Assembly: GCA_965655095.1 (NCBI GenBank)
Contig: OZ296654.1
Span: forward strand, 77,748,001 to 77,812,000
DNA: 64,000 bases
DNA from: Haplodiscus bocki
Lineage: Eukaryota
Direction: 5' to 3'
In this document: positions 1 through 13,400 of the stretch, in pieces
Numbering within the stretch: position 1 is the stretch's first letter
Layout: each line of letters starts with the position of its first letter
Translations under genes and position numbers: made by a program
The notes under the pieces: model-generated
Told to the model about the DNA's origin: nothing
The model's database searches: none
Seen by the model: the letters and a program-made list of their open reading frames with translations, nothing else

Positions 1-711
1 ATTCTCCTCTGTGCGGTATTCCAACAATGAATACTTTTTTTGCGAAGGAAAGTAGCTGCAATCCTAGTTGAAAACTATTCAGAACAAGGTCGATTGTTCA
101 GAAATATATATTTCGGAACAAGGTCGATTGTTCGACTCCGGTATACAAGTTATTATCTCCTAGGAAAGTAACTATGACTGGATAAAAATCTTTTTCGGTA
201 CAAATTGGTGAACATTGTCAATGCAGGCTCCAGGAAAAGATAAAACGTGAAAATTCGGAACGTGTTATTCACGTGCTGGTGAATCTGTGATTAGTAGCTA
301 CCTTGTGTGAATTTTCGAACAAATGATGTCGCAATACTTGAAAGAAAGAGCCATTTAAAAAAAGGAAATATCTTATTTTAAGTGAAGAATTACAACGAAA
401 ATTTCTGGCAACTGAAGTTCGTCTTCTTGCAGAACAACCGAGCAATGCCAATAGGAAACAACGTCAAAGACGAAATTCTTGAAATCTTTTGCCTTCGATA
501 TAAATAAATACGCTGATTTATTATGTCGCATTAACCAGAAATATTTTTACGACCGGTGCGTCCCAAAAGTAACGATAAGCAGACCAATTGTAATCGCTTT
601 GAATTTCATTCTTTTGCGCTATCGCTTCATTCTTCAATATTTTAGTCTTATTGTTACTTTGGGTGTGACAGCTGTGCGAAGAAAAAAAGAAAAAGGTATT
701 AAAAAACTCAC

Positions 712-3700
712 CGAAAACTCCCGAGCTCTTTGGCTCAAGCAAAGATTGCTGTGCAGATGCTTTGGTCAGATTTGTGTCAATTTCTGAAGGCGATAAAAAT
801 GCAACTCCTTCAGAAAGCAAAGCGGGATCTGCCCTATCGGGTTTGACTGTTTCCCGAACTTGATTGGAATGGGATTGGGCTGAAAAAGAAGGAATCACTG
901 AGCTGCTTTCAATGTCATTCGTGTGTGTGCCGGACATTAACTCTTCTGGTTGGTATTCTGATATTGTATCGGTCAACATGGTTGTTTTAGGTTCTTTATT
1001 GTTCGTTTCTGCTACTTTCAAGATTGGTTGAAATGCCTCGAGCTCGGATTGGGACATTAAGTTACTTGGATCAGTCGAAGTTATGATCGGTTGAAATTTG
1101 TCAATTGAGTCAAAGGCACTGGGCTCTGCCGAACTCAAATCCTCCTCCGAGCTAGCGACGTCCATTTGCAAAGTTGGGAATGTTGGATAAACTGTTTGTT
1201 TCTCAGGCGCTGAGCCCAAAAGAATGCTGGGGGTGGTTCCCTCGGTTGAATCCATCTTTTTCAGAGGTTCTTTCCTGAAAGTCGAATCTGGTTCCTCTGC
1301 AGGCTGATAGGACGACTCAACGCTCCATTTTCTGCCTGAATCCAATCTTGAGAGTTCTGTTCGTTCTTCTGGAATGCTCTCAGCCGGTGATTTCTTTTTA
1401 GCAGCTTCTGACAAACTACTTAAATTTTCTTCATTGATTTCTTCGTTCAAAGGTTCGACATACTCCACTGACAACTTGATCAACGGTACTTCTTTGAGTT
1501 CTGCGTTTTCTTCAGATACTCCAACATCAGCATTTTCAGGACTAACAGCCTGCTTCAGTGAATCTGCGGAATCCACACTCGACACTGTTTCAACAACAGG
1601 TGTTGCAAACTCCAGAGGTTTGTCACTAGTTGATTCTTCTCCCAGCAAATTAGGCCGACTTTGGATACCATCACGCAGCTGCACGAAAACACTTTCATCC
1701 AAAATTTCAGGATAGGTATCGAAAGTTTCTGAATCTTTTTGCGGAATTGCACGCGAAGTTGCAGATTCCATTTTTCTTGCTTTCGTAGGATCTAGCTCGT
1801 CTTCGTCGATTATTTCCAATGGCGTTTCTTGCTGCGCTTCTGTGACGACTTCACCAACAACAGCTTCCTCATCCAGGACATTTTCAGCCTCTATAGGGAC
1901 AACTTTTTGCTTCTCAAGCTCTTCAATTTGCGCAGTTTCTTTACATTCATCTTCATCCAGTATCGATGGAACCCGGCTTTCACTCTGGCTGGGCAATTCG
2001 TTCACATTTTCTTCAGCAATGGGCGGAATTGCCCTGAATGATACATGTGCAACAGGCTGATCTCGGGTGAGATCCTTGTCCTTATCTAAAGGCGGAGTGG
2101 ACATGAAAATGGGGGTCACTGACTCATAACCTGATTCCAGGTCAGTTGTGAATGAATCAGAAGGGGATCCAGTATGCGGAAGTAACCTGAACCTCGACAA
2201 GGGCTGCGAGAAAGACGTCCCGCCAATGCTGGACAAACTAGAATTGTTGTCCGAAAGGGCTTTAGTCGGAGCCAAAGCGACCGCTTTTACTTCTCCAATA
2301 GATGCCAACCAGTCGATAGCAGGAATTTCAACTTCCTGTTCTTCATTCAGCGACGGCTCGGCTTCACCAACTTTGAAAAGTTTGCCTTGTTTCACGAGTT
2401 CAGAAACAAAAGGCGTATTCATAGGGTACTGTCTGGATTCAACTGCATCCTGGTCACCCATTTCTCGCCTCATTAGCACCAAATCTTCATCTTTGCCTCC
2501 GCATTTTTCAGCTTGAATTGAATATATTTCGCATGGCGTTTCGAAATCGCCTGTGCTGGCAAGACTTACGATTTCCACAGACAATGGAGGTATTTCTTCT
2601 TCCACAATATCTGAAGCAGACTCGTGTCTTTTCCTGGAAATAGTTTGGATTCGTGTCGTTATAGATTCCTGCACCTCTTTTGGGTAATTATCAAATTGTG
2701 ACACTAAGTCGGGCAAAACTTCTTTGATCATAGGATCTTGGTAGAACTGAACGGTTTCTGGTTTTTCTAACCCTTCACCAACAGGCTGAGGTTGCAAGAC
2801 TTTGGACAGCACAATAGATGAGACATCTAAAGTTACTGGTTCATCTTCAGGAAGCTTTGGCTCAACAAATTCCGCTTTGTTCGGAGTCTCTGCAACATCG
2901 CTAACCACAAATTTTTGACATTTTCGCAACAGGCTAGAAATGAATTTCGAAGGTTCCACTGGTTCTTCTTCTGACACTTGCATGAGTTCTGTTTTCGTTT
3001 CGCTCGATGAGCAAATAGTTTCTTTAGCCTTAGATTCGGTTTTCGCAGTCAAAATTGCAACTTCTTGCGTGAAGTCTTCGGTATTGGGAATTCTTTCGGA
3101 GTCTTTCTCATTTTCGGAAGCTTCAACAAAACTCAATCTATTACTTTTCTTTGATTTGATGTTTATTTCTGTAATTCTCTGTTGCAAAGAAGAAGGCACT
3201 TGGCCCGGAAGCACTTCGTAGACATTTTGCTTTTCTTTCTCGTCTGATCCAAGTCTTTCGTGGCTTTCAATGGAAATGGCCTCGCCTAAAGAGTTATCCC
3301 ACAAACTTTTAGGCAGTTCCACAAGGTAAGTTGACTTTTCTGATGGCAATGGGGTTTGCAGCGATTTGGGCAGCTCATTATACTTTATCAATTCATCTAT
3401 AAAAACACATTGTGGTGGGTACCGTCGTATCTCCATGAGTTCTCTCTCTAAGGGCAGCTTGCGGACCTGCAACACACTCAAAAATTTGTTTCCACTTTTG
3501 GCAAACTCTTCGTCCAGTTTTGCCCGTAAAATATCATCAGTTTCGGACATTTTCAAAGGAATAAACGCTTTGGACGGTTTAGGTACTTTAGATTTGGCCT
3601 CTTTCGTTTTGACGGTCTCATAAACGATTTCAGACTTCTCGGAAGACTTCCGATGCTTCAAGTTCTGTGCAAAAACTTTCAGAGCTAAAGTTGTTGTTGA

Positions 3701-6700
3701 GAGTTGATCTTCTTTGATTGATTTCGGAACTCTGCCCAAGTTAATCAATTCTGTGACGTAATCTGAAGCGGGCGGAAACTCTCTCACTTCATTGAAAACA
3801 GCTGAACCCTTCAAGTCCTGCAGACTAGAGGACACAACCACAACTTTTTCAAAATCTCCCTTGACCAATTCAATAACGGATGTACTCAGTTTCAGGTTCG
3901 GTTCATCTCGACTAATTACCTCCCAAGAATTTAATCTCAAGAAGTTTTTCGGTATTTGAGGAAACTTCACAGCTTGGCATATTTGCGTCAGTGTTTTGTC
4001 ATCCACGAACAGGAGTCGCCTTTGTTGCTGCGATGACAAACTTCCGGAAAGCCAATCTGAGTTATTAATTTGCCGATAAAGGTCGTTATTGCCATCCTTT
4101 GAAAAAAGGTAAGGTTGGAAATGATTAGCTGCTTTCATTTTAGAGACCAATTTCGTATCAGAAAAATTATGACAAGGAATTTTTCTTTCTCTGTATTGTT
4201 TCAACGTTGGGCTACAAGCTCGGTGTCTCGTAGTTACTGATACAAAATTTCCTTTCGAATCAACTCCCTTTCGGGACAAATTTACAACTTTCTGTCCACT
4301 TTTCAGCCTCTCTTCTGCCATCTTGACTTCCTGGATGTTCATTTCAGCTTCCAGCAAATCGAACTTGTCAGCATCTATTTTATTCAAGTCTTTCAGAGCT
4401 CGCGGATCCTTAGACGAATCAGGAATTACGGGAACAAAGTCGCTGTTCACTCTCTCATATACTCGCTTCACAACTCGTTCCAGGAATAACCCTTCTTGGT
4501 TCGGGCCATCACATATGAGTTCTCGGTCAGGTTCTTCCAGCAAAAACGGAGCCGGGATCAACCCTTGGTCAACTAGGCTCAGCATTGTAGGCGACTGGGG
4601 TCTGTGAATTTCTTGAGACACCGATTCCTCACCGGTTCCATCGACAAATCTTTCAGTCAACATGACAAGTCTTTCATTTCCATCCTCCACAACATCCTCA
4701 ACTCTGAGAATGTAGACCGCATTGTTGTCTGCTTGCATTTCTGATTTGAAGGATGAAGGATCCCCATCTGGGGTCTCTCGTTTTTTGACCAAAAACTTTC
4801 TCTGGACTACTTCTTCAGTAGATCTGTCATGAACGGGGGTAGCGCAAAAAGATTCGGGTAAAACCCCAGTTTCAACAAGATTGAGAATAGTAGGCGAGTC
4901 CGCTCGATGCACAGTTTCGACATTGACTCCATCTTCGTTGTTGAAAACCCGAATCATCCGTTCTCCGGTTTTTTCATCAGTTCCGTCTTCGATGCGATAC
5001 GACCAAGTATCGTAAGACTGCGGAGCCCCGCTTTCTACAGCTGATTGAAGAAGATTCAGAGACCTCGATGCGGGAGATATTGGCCGTTCCTCAGTCTTTT
5101 CTAGTGTCTTTCTGGAAGTTTTGATGTCTTTGTCAGCCCTCAAAGGCAACTCAAACTGCGGCTGCAAGTCAATAGTGTCAATGTAGGTAATTTGTTTCTG
5201 TTTCTGGTAAGCAGGTAACTTAGCTCTCAGTTTATCCAATTTCTCACTCTCATTGTCGTACTTCCGCTCAAACTCAACTTTGTCGCCAACTTCCGATAGA
5301 TACATTTTCGTTACTAGCGAATATTTCCGCCCATTTTTATCAGTTTTATCTTCAATTTTTACTGTATGCAATGATACTTTCATACCCTCGATTTCTTGCT
5401 CAGAAACCAAAGATTCTGTACTCGACGCAGTTTCCATGTAGCCACTCGCATCGGATCCAGAAGATTTGCGCCTCGAAGATACCATCAGACAATCGATGTT
5501 TGGAGTTTTCGGAGCTGCTTTAACGCCAGCTTCATTTAGTATGTTTAGAACTTCCTCCTCATAATCAGTACCTTTCACTTGCTCCAACAACTTCGGGTCA
5601 TCTAGTCTGAAGTATAGTTTTTCAATGTTTTTTCCTTTACCAACAACTATTTCAATTATTTCATCACTCGCGGATGGCTGATTTCCATCGTCTTTCGACG
5701 GCAACGCGTTTTCTGGAATGATACCAGCGTTGACCATGTCTCTGAGCTCTGGGTCTGTCACTTGATATTCCCAAACTTTCTCGCCATGGCAAGTTTGGAA
5801 CTTCACATACACTCGGTCAACTTCTGTTGAATCCTGTTCGGCTATTTGGTCAACAACAACTGCAACTTCTGAGTCGTTGATTGCGTTCTGTTCAGTCAGC
5901 ATGATCTCCGCAAGTCCCGTGCTCGGAATTTCTCCAAAATCTACCAATATTTTCACAGCAATTTTAAGCATTCGTTCAAAAGTCATTTTCAGGTTACTGT
6001 CTTTCAAAATTTCAAGAAGTTCCGCATCCCGAGGTTTGAACAGCATTGTTTCGGAGTAAAATCTATCTTTTGCGGTGTTATTTTCAGTCTTCAATATTTC
6101 AACTTCCACAAAAACTTCGCTGCAAGAATATGATTGGTTTGGATTCAAATCGCTTGGCAAAGAACCCTCCAATCGGAGCTTTGCAACGTCAGCATCTTCG
6201 GGTGCAAATACTTGTTGTGATGTTTCAACTCTCAAATCTTGTGTCACTTTTGCAGTAATGAGAGAAACTGTGAAACAATTTCTATCATTTGTCCAAATTT
6301 CTTCAAGTTTTCTGCCTTGAACAACTAATGATATGGTTTTATCTTTGGTATGAATAACAATTTTCGGTATTTCAGCGGATTTTTGCACTGGCGTTGACGC
6401 TCTGTTCATCGGTGCTGACACCATTGGTCCTTTTTGCTCGGAATCAAGAAATTCTTCCTCAATTTCACGATCAATTGTGGTGCGAATTTTGGTTTTGGAG
6501 GATTCCAAAATTAAATTGTTGGGTCTGTCAGGGTCATATTCTGACCTGGTTTCTTCAATGCTAGTTTTCAAGTATTTTTCAGAGACCGTCTTAGATGAAA
6601 CAACTGGAAGGCCTGCAACAAACTGGTCGATCGCAGGATCTCCTTTGCGGAACTTTTTTACTTCTTCAACAGTTCGCCCATCTGGGCCTTTCACGACTCT

Positions 6701-7498
6701 CGTAATTTCTACAAAATGATCTTTTTCATAGGCGGTTTTGAACTTTCTTTTTGGCTCTTCTGATTCGACAGGGATAATCTTTTCCACTAAAACTTCCTTT
6801 CCATTGATAATTTCAGTTTCTACACATACTATGAATTTTTCTTCGCTTTCTGGAATCGCGTCGTTTCCTTTTCTAAACAGATACAACAACTCAGCTGCTT
6901 TTGGGTCATCAGGTTTGAAATACTTTGCCTCATTATGAGTCACACCTTTGTCGTCTGTGTACACTCTTGTAATCTCAACCAAACCTCTGATTGATTCTGC
7001 ATCGAAGCTTGACAAATTTTCAGGATCAATTTCACCGCCTCCTTGAAGGAGATCCTGGACCCTCGGATCATCAACTGGAATCCTGATGCCAGTAACCTCC
7101 AATTTGTTGCTACTCGGATCTGTTTCTCTGATGACGTAATAATCGTTTTCCATTTCAACAGAAGTTGTGACAGTTTCTCGTTTCCGTTTACTTGGCCGAG
7201 TTCCTCGCGGAGAGGAAGGATTAACAGGGACAACATAGGGTTTCAATTCAATTGGTTTCTGACCAGGTTCGATTTTTGTATCCTTGAGTGACTCTCCCTT
7301 GACTGCTGCTGCTCTGGCTTTGGCGAAGTCAGGGAGTTGCAGTTTCGGAGGTTTGATGAGCGGAGGTGGTTTCTGAACCACCCTTGTAGTTGTCAGGCCT
7401 TCCGCTCTTTCATTGAACACATCAACATATTGTGATTCGGTTACTGTTTCAGTGATTTGCTTTTCGCGTTCAACTAATGATGGTGCACCGGCTCCTTC
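712..7498 (-). CDS. Plakin exon 14: giant 6,787-nt exon (about 2,262 aa) with repeated domain and acidic disordered region
   Basis: TTTTGCAG|GAA acceptor in phase with exon 13; uninterrupted ORF 521..7513; likely donor TTC G|GTGAGT at 711, after which the composition turns intron-like. Confidence 0.88.
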
Positions 7499-10400
7499 CT
7501 GCAAAACAAACACTTAGGAGTTTTAAACTAACTGATTCGTCAACTTTACAAATTTAACTAGACAATTTCGATTCAATTTTTTGATACTAGCAATTCGCTG
7601 TTCTGCTCAAGGTACGTATACTAGATCATTTGGCTTATAAACTGCTTTGAAGTTTTGGGAGCATCATGACGCTTTCATCTAATAAAGCTAAAAATTTTCA
7701 ACAGTGGTTTTCTTAGATTTTGTGCAAACGACTACCCACGAACCTGAATCTTTTTCAGAAGGTCAGTAATGTCTTTCATTAAAGTTGCTGACTGGAACAA
7801 CAATTGTTGGTATCTGTTGATGACTTCGTCCAAATCTTCACCAAGTTCAGTTCCAGAGGCTCCGGTCAGCCCACAGATGGTCTGTCCTTCAGGCCCACCG
7901 GCACCTGCAGTCATTTGATGGAGCTGTTTGACGTATGTCGTCAGCAAACTGTCAAAGTTTGCAATTTCTTTGATGCATCGATTTCCGCGAGTGTTAACCT
8001 CTTCCAATCTCGAATGATGTCTGGTGACTTCATCGTAAAAATCCTGAGAAACGAACAATAACTTAAGACGCATTCACTTTTTCGAGAAAAGGCATAATGA
8101 AAATCAGTTAAAAAAACGTCAGAAGAGTGAGGTCAAGATCTCGGAAAAGCCCATCATAATCTCGGGTCAAATAAATTATCCCCCAATTGGAGTTTTTTGA
8201 GTCTTTTCACACTTGCAAATTGACTCTGAGGAGAGAATAGTAAAATATCTCCACGCTGAAACACTCACTGACAACAGAAGATTTTAGGCAAGACAGCTAT
8301 ATCTCGTTTAGCTTTTAACTTCATGAAAGGTGTCATATTCGTTCAAGCTCAGTTTCTATTCAGTTGCCCGGTGCTAACATCATGCAATATTTTTCGCCTT
8401 GATGATAAGGCTAAGCATCGAAAAGTTTTGCTGAATTCATCCATAATCAGGAATCCTATCGCTTTTGTCAAGTCCACTTCTACAGCAATACTAACTTTAG
8501 CATCATCCCATTTTCGAGCCAGCTGGCTCACGTAAAGAGCATCTGTTCGTTCTTCTTCCAAAGGTTTCTGACCTCTGTAGGGAGCTTTTCTTTCCATTCT
8601 GTCTAGCCACTTACTCATTTGAACGTAATCTGACAAATAGTTCTTCAGCAGTCCAACTTGTTGGTTGCAAAGTTTCACTCTAAAATACGCCAAAAAAAGA
8701 AGCTTGAGACAATATTCAAGTAAAATTGACAAAAATCTCACATTTTCAAAAAGAACCAAACAAACCGAAAATTTGTCAGAACTTCATTAATATGTTTCCA
8801 GGAATTTTGGGACTCATTCTTTCCTATCGACGAATCTTATCTATTAGTTTATTTCAGTTAGAACAGTTCACACTACATCTATGCAGTGTTGCCAGCAAGA
8901 CGTGCCGCAGTAATATGCCTGAAACTGAACGCATTACTTTTTCAAGTTTGCAGAGAGGAGAAGCTGCGCTTTGCAAGACTTGCGCTAATGGAATTCCAGT
9001 GAACTAATAGAACAAGTATAACTAATTTTTGAAGGGGCCACGGTAATACGGAAGCTACTGATTGAACAATTACACAGATTTTAAAAATCAGTTAATTCTA
9101 ATAAACTTATATACAAGTATAACAAAAACAAACGGCTTTACCAGTTAAAGCGCTTTATATTTAAAACAAGCGCGCACACCGGAGAATAGGACACATGAAC
9201 AAGTTTTTGCAACTGAGCGAGAGCACATGAACAATTTTTTTGCAAGAAAGTGAAAGCTCATGCTCAAAATGCGAGTTGTGAACAGATCCGAGAAGTCCGC
9301 AAAATCCTGTGACATAACACTTGTTTGCGCAATTGTAACACAGAGACAAAGCGGAGCTTCACAAAGCTGACAAAATGAAAGCCTCCAGTTTTTCAAAAAG
9401 TGCGTGGCAGCAGTAGCAATCATTACCGGATGAAAACCTATCAGAATGAATTTGATTTTTTTTAGACATTAATGAGAGAATTCACGACCCAGTTAAATAC
9501 TGAAATTTGCCAGGCTGTCTCAAACTCATTTGGGACTTTTTTTTCAGAAAAAACAGTTCCTCTCTTGAGAAGCTGCGGTTAAAAAATTGAAACAAACATT
9601 TGTTGCAAACGAGGTTTTTATTTCATTTTGGAGAAGAACACCAAACATAGGCGCCCTAAGCAGCGGTGAGGTTTGCTCTTGGCCAAATAAGAATGATTTA
9701 CTAGACTGAGCTGGAAGAATTTGTTCAGAGTAGTGCGCTTAAGTTCTTTTCCTATGTGATGCAGTTTAGCCAAGCCGATAATGTGGAAGACGAACAATCG
9801 GAAAGACTACGAAAAATCGCTGACTTCAGCAGTTTTGGCTGACTCTGGAAAACTAAGTGAGCCACTTTGGAAGTTCGAAATTCTGAGAAAAACAAATCGT
9901 TCAATTCAATTCAACTATATACTAGTCACAAACTTAATTTGGAAAGCAAAGAGCAGAAATAGCAAAATCAACTACTTTCCCAAGCAAAAAACCCATGAAA
10001 CGACCTTTTTCACCAAAATTATCAAAACTATAGGAGGGTATATATCAGCAAAAATACGTCTTCCGATATTGGTTTTTGATGCACTTGTAACTACGAAAGA
10101 GACTTAGCAGACAAAGGATTGATAATTCCGACGTAGTCGAAAAAAAACATTTCTCGTTTACTTTTAACAACTGAAATAATTCGATAACAAACGATTTCTG
10201 ACCGTTTCGCTATCTTCAACTATTTTTGTGATTTTATATTGTATTAATTAAGTCTGCTAGCTAGAAATTTGATATGGACGGCAAAAGGATGAATGTTCTG
10301 GAAAAATCGATAAATTAGCAATACAGACCCAAAACGGAATTTTCTAGTAACCTTTCGAATTTTTGGAGAGGCGAAAACTAACGCATCGTACTGATTTACG

Positions 10401-13400
10401 CTGGATGCGTAGTTAAAAAGATGATTCGTAAGGCAAAAAAAGCAACAATTGCTGAAAAAACAGCAAAATTTCGAAAGTTACAGAAAACTCAAAATTTGCG
10501 GCTTTTTTTCACAAGAAAGTTTCAAGATTTTCGAATATTTTAAGTCGATATTAACATCGTCGAATTCAGCGGGAAAAAGTTGATTTGGTAGGAAGGAAAC
10601 CAAAATCAGGTGCAAATGTCAACAAATTAATCATAAAGGTAGAACTTTCAGCTCAATTTCCATAAGAATTCAAAAAAATCTTCTGGTACCAATATGAAAT
10701 CTTGGTAAGAATTCCAGAAAGTTTGAATTCGGAGTGAACTTGATAAAAATTCCTCAAAGCATCAGAAAAAAGATCTCTCCCTATTGCGAAATTAGTCTTT
10801 TTTTTACCTAAAAAAATTACCAAAAGTGGGAAAAAAGATAATATCGACCGCAAAAGTTTTTGCCGCGATGGGATTCGGACCCGAATGGCCAAAGTGACAT
10901 AGCGCAGATGCTCATTGTCTTCAACTACTTGCCGAAATTTCTTCTGACATTGGCTATATTCATCTCACTATGATCTTGTGCGAGTTGTGAACGCTACGAA
11001 AAATTGCGAGTCGAGCGTAATAAGCAGGCAGTTTTCCAGCTTAATAAAACTAAATTTGAATGTACTAACCGTTCATTGCATTGGTACTGAATATAGTTCC
11101 ACCGTTCCACAATTTCCTGCACTGTCTCCACGACTTCATTTAATAAATCATTACAAGCGGGGTGTTTCACAAGCTGAAGTCGCGAGTTGGATTCTTTAAA
11201 CAGCATATCCGTCATTTTTTCACCAAGTTCCACCATGGCATCAACTTGGGGCTGAATCGCAGCCAATGAGATATTCAAATCTTCACACTTCTCTCTTGTT
11301 TCCAGCAAAGCTCGCTCCTTATTGGGCAACGAGTCTTGCATCTTCAGAGTTCGCTCTAACCGGGTTACGTAATCGCACGTAATAATTGTCATGTGAGAAT
11401 GCAACTTCGTGAAAAGTTTCATTTTGCTGAGTTGAGTTTGAGAAGTTGTCCACGTACGGTCCCATTGGAAACATAAAGTTTTCAACATTTCGGTTGCGTT
11501 AGGATCTTCACACGTAGTGAACCTCAAACTGTTGTATTCGCCCTGAATGGCCGACAAACTTGTCATTATTTTTTCCAGATATTCAATAACTTCTGCAACA
11601 TCTTCCATACTTTTCGGAGCAACCGACAAGGCCTCGCCTAAATGATTCTGCGCGTTGTCGATTCTGGCAAGAAAATCGGCAATCTTCGAGCTCAGGTCTG
11701 AGCTCGGCAAAGGCACACTGGATCTCGCATCTTGTTTCTGCTTCGAACTAAGTTCGTGATAAATCCGGTTGCAAGCTTCCACGTCACTGCTCAACTGTTG
11801 CAACTCGAAAGAAGCTATTTGCTCCGGAGTAACTTCTTTGACCGTTTCAAGCAGCGCACGCGTTTCTTCGTTGAGACTCCTTATCATTGCTTCACGTTCT
11901 ACTTTCTGCATTTCTCGGAATTTTTTGGGGGTCCAGCTTTTTACAGATGCAACTTTCTTCATAATAATGAGACGTTGGCTGGCCATTTGCACTCTCATAC
12001 ATTGTTCTACGCACAGCTCCAAGACCGATTGATATCTCGCCTCCAATCTAAAGCAGGCCATTTCGGGGCTTGACAACGAAATTACAAAAAGCCAAAACAA
12101 AGTTAGAAGATTCCGAATGATTACGCCAAGAAAGGAAAAAAGAATTTCTCCAAGCAATAAATAATTTAGCCAGTAACAAATAATTTGGAGTGGTTGTAAT
12201 TTAGAAGATGCCAGGAACGGCCCAAGTCGCAAAATATCCAAGGCAGGCTAAAAAAAACTAAGGCTTTTCAGATGAGAAAATTGGTAAAGCAATTTTTCTC
12301 TCAAAATTTGGTTGCACAGCGCTTAAAGTTTAGTAGAGGGACTTTTTGTTACAATATTTACTCCCTGCGACATTCATTAGTGCCAGGACTATTGGTATAT
12401 GCCTACGCAATGTAAGGAGGCATCACAAAAAAAATTTCGGTTCGGATTCTCGAATTGTTTTCGTGGACATGAACCTTCTTCCGCATATGTGATCTCTAAT
12501 GCTCGTCCAGTAACTAATCAGTACCTGGAAATTTCAAATTATAATCTTGACCTACTGAACATCTGGGCACTTCGTCGAGTCAGAGTGAAAAAAAACACAA
12601 GTCAATGTAATAGTTGGGCTCTGTTTTAGTAAAAGCACCGACTAAACAACTTGAAAATATGGAAAATTTGAAAAAAACTACCACTTTACAGAATCAATAA
12701 CGTCAGAAGCTTCAGCAAGCCAAGAATGGCCAGAGTCGGCGCCTCCCTACAGCTCTTAAATACTCGTAGGGGGATCCCATAATGTATTTATAGTTTTGGT
12801 CTTTTCAAGAAATGTCTGTGAAACAAAGGGAAGTTTACTAGTTCCTCAATTATCCGCCAGAATTCTTGCAGAATTTTAGGGCAGATAGTCGAAAGTGGGC
12901 CCGAGTTTCCATAACTTTAGAGAATAAAAATGACAAACTTTCGTTTTTTTCGTCAAGGTTGGCGTATAATCGAGTCCGTCGGATGTTTACATCATTGAAA
13001 GAAGCATGGACGGTAAATTGGCACAATTTTCGGACACTCAGGGATAACTGGGGTGCATCGTGATATTTTCTCGTGTTTTCCGGAAAAATTTCGAAGCATA
13101 ATTTTGCTCTTTCTTGAAAAATATATATATGTATACCGACGGTAATTTCAAGAATCGCTCGATTTTCCGCCAACAATCGTGCAGCCTTTCTGGGGTGATA
13201 ACTGAGGGCATAGCAGACTGATAGAGGGCCAGAGTTCGAGTATTTTGTTTTCAACTATGAAGTCAGAAGTGTAATTTTGATTAGGTTGGCGTACAATCGA
13301 GTTTGGTGGATAATTATTTCATCCAAAAAACAAACCGGCAAAAGTGACGGAAATTCGAAAGGCATACAAGAGAGGGACAATTGGGGGTGTTTTCTGAAGG

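Noticed and set aside
1374-7291. Series of plus-strand S/F/L-rich ORFs
   Set aside because: They are antisense shadows of the giant exon's codon usage.
712-7498. Canonical 38-aa plectin repeats in the giant exon
   Set aside because: There is no regular 38-aa period and no LLEAQxATGGIIDP consensus, only faint echoes.
521-7513. 2330-aa ORF as a stand-alone gene
   Set aside because: It has no ATG start, begins at a splice acceptor in frame with upstream plakin exons, and its last ~60 codons look intronic.
12048-12241. Hydrophobic N-terminus of ORF 10994..12241 as a signal or transmembrane segment
   Set aside because: It lies upstream of the phase-matched acceptor at 12047 and is T-rich intron read-through.
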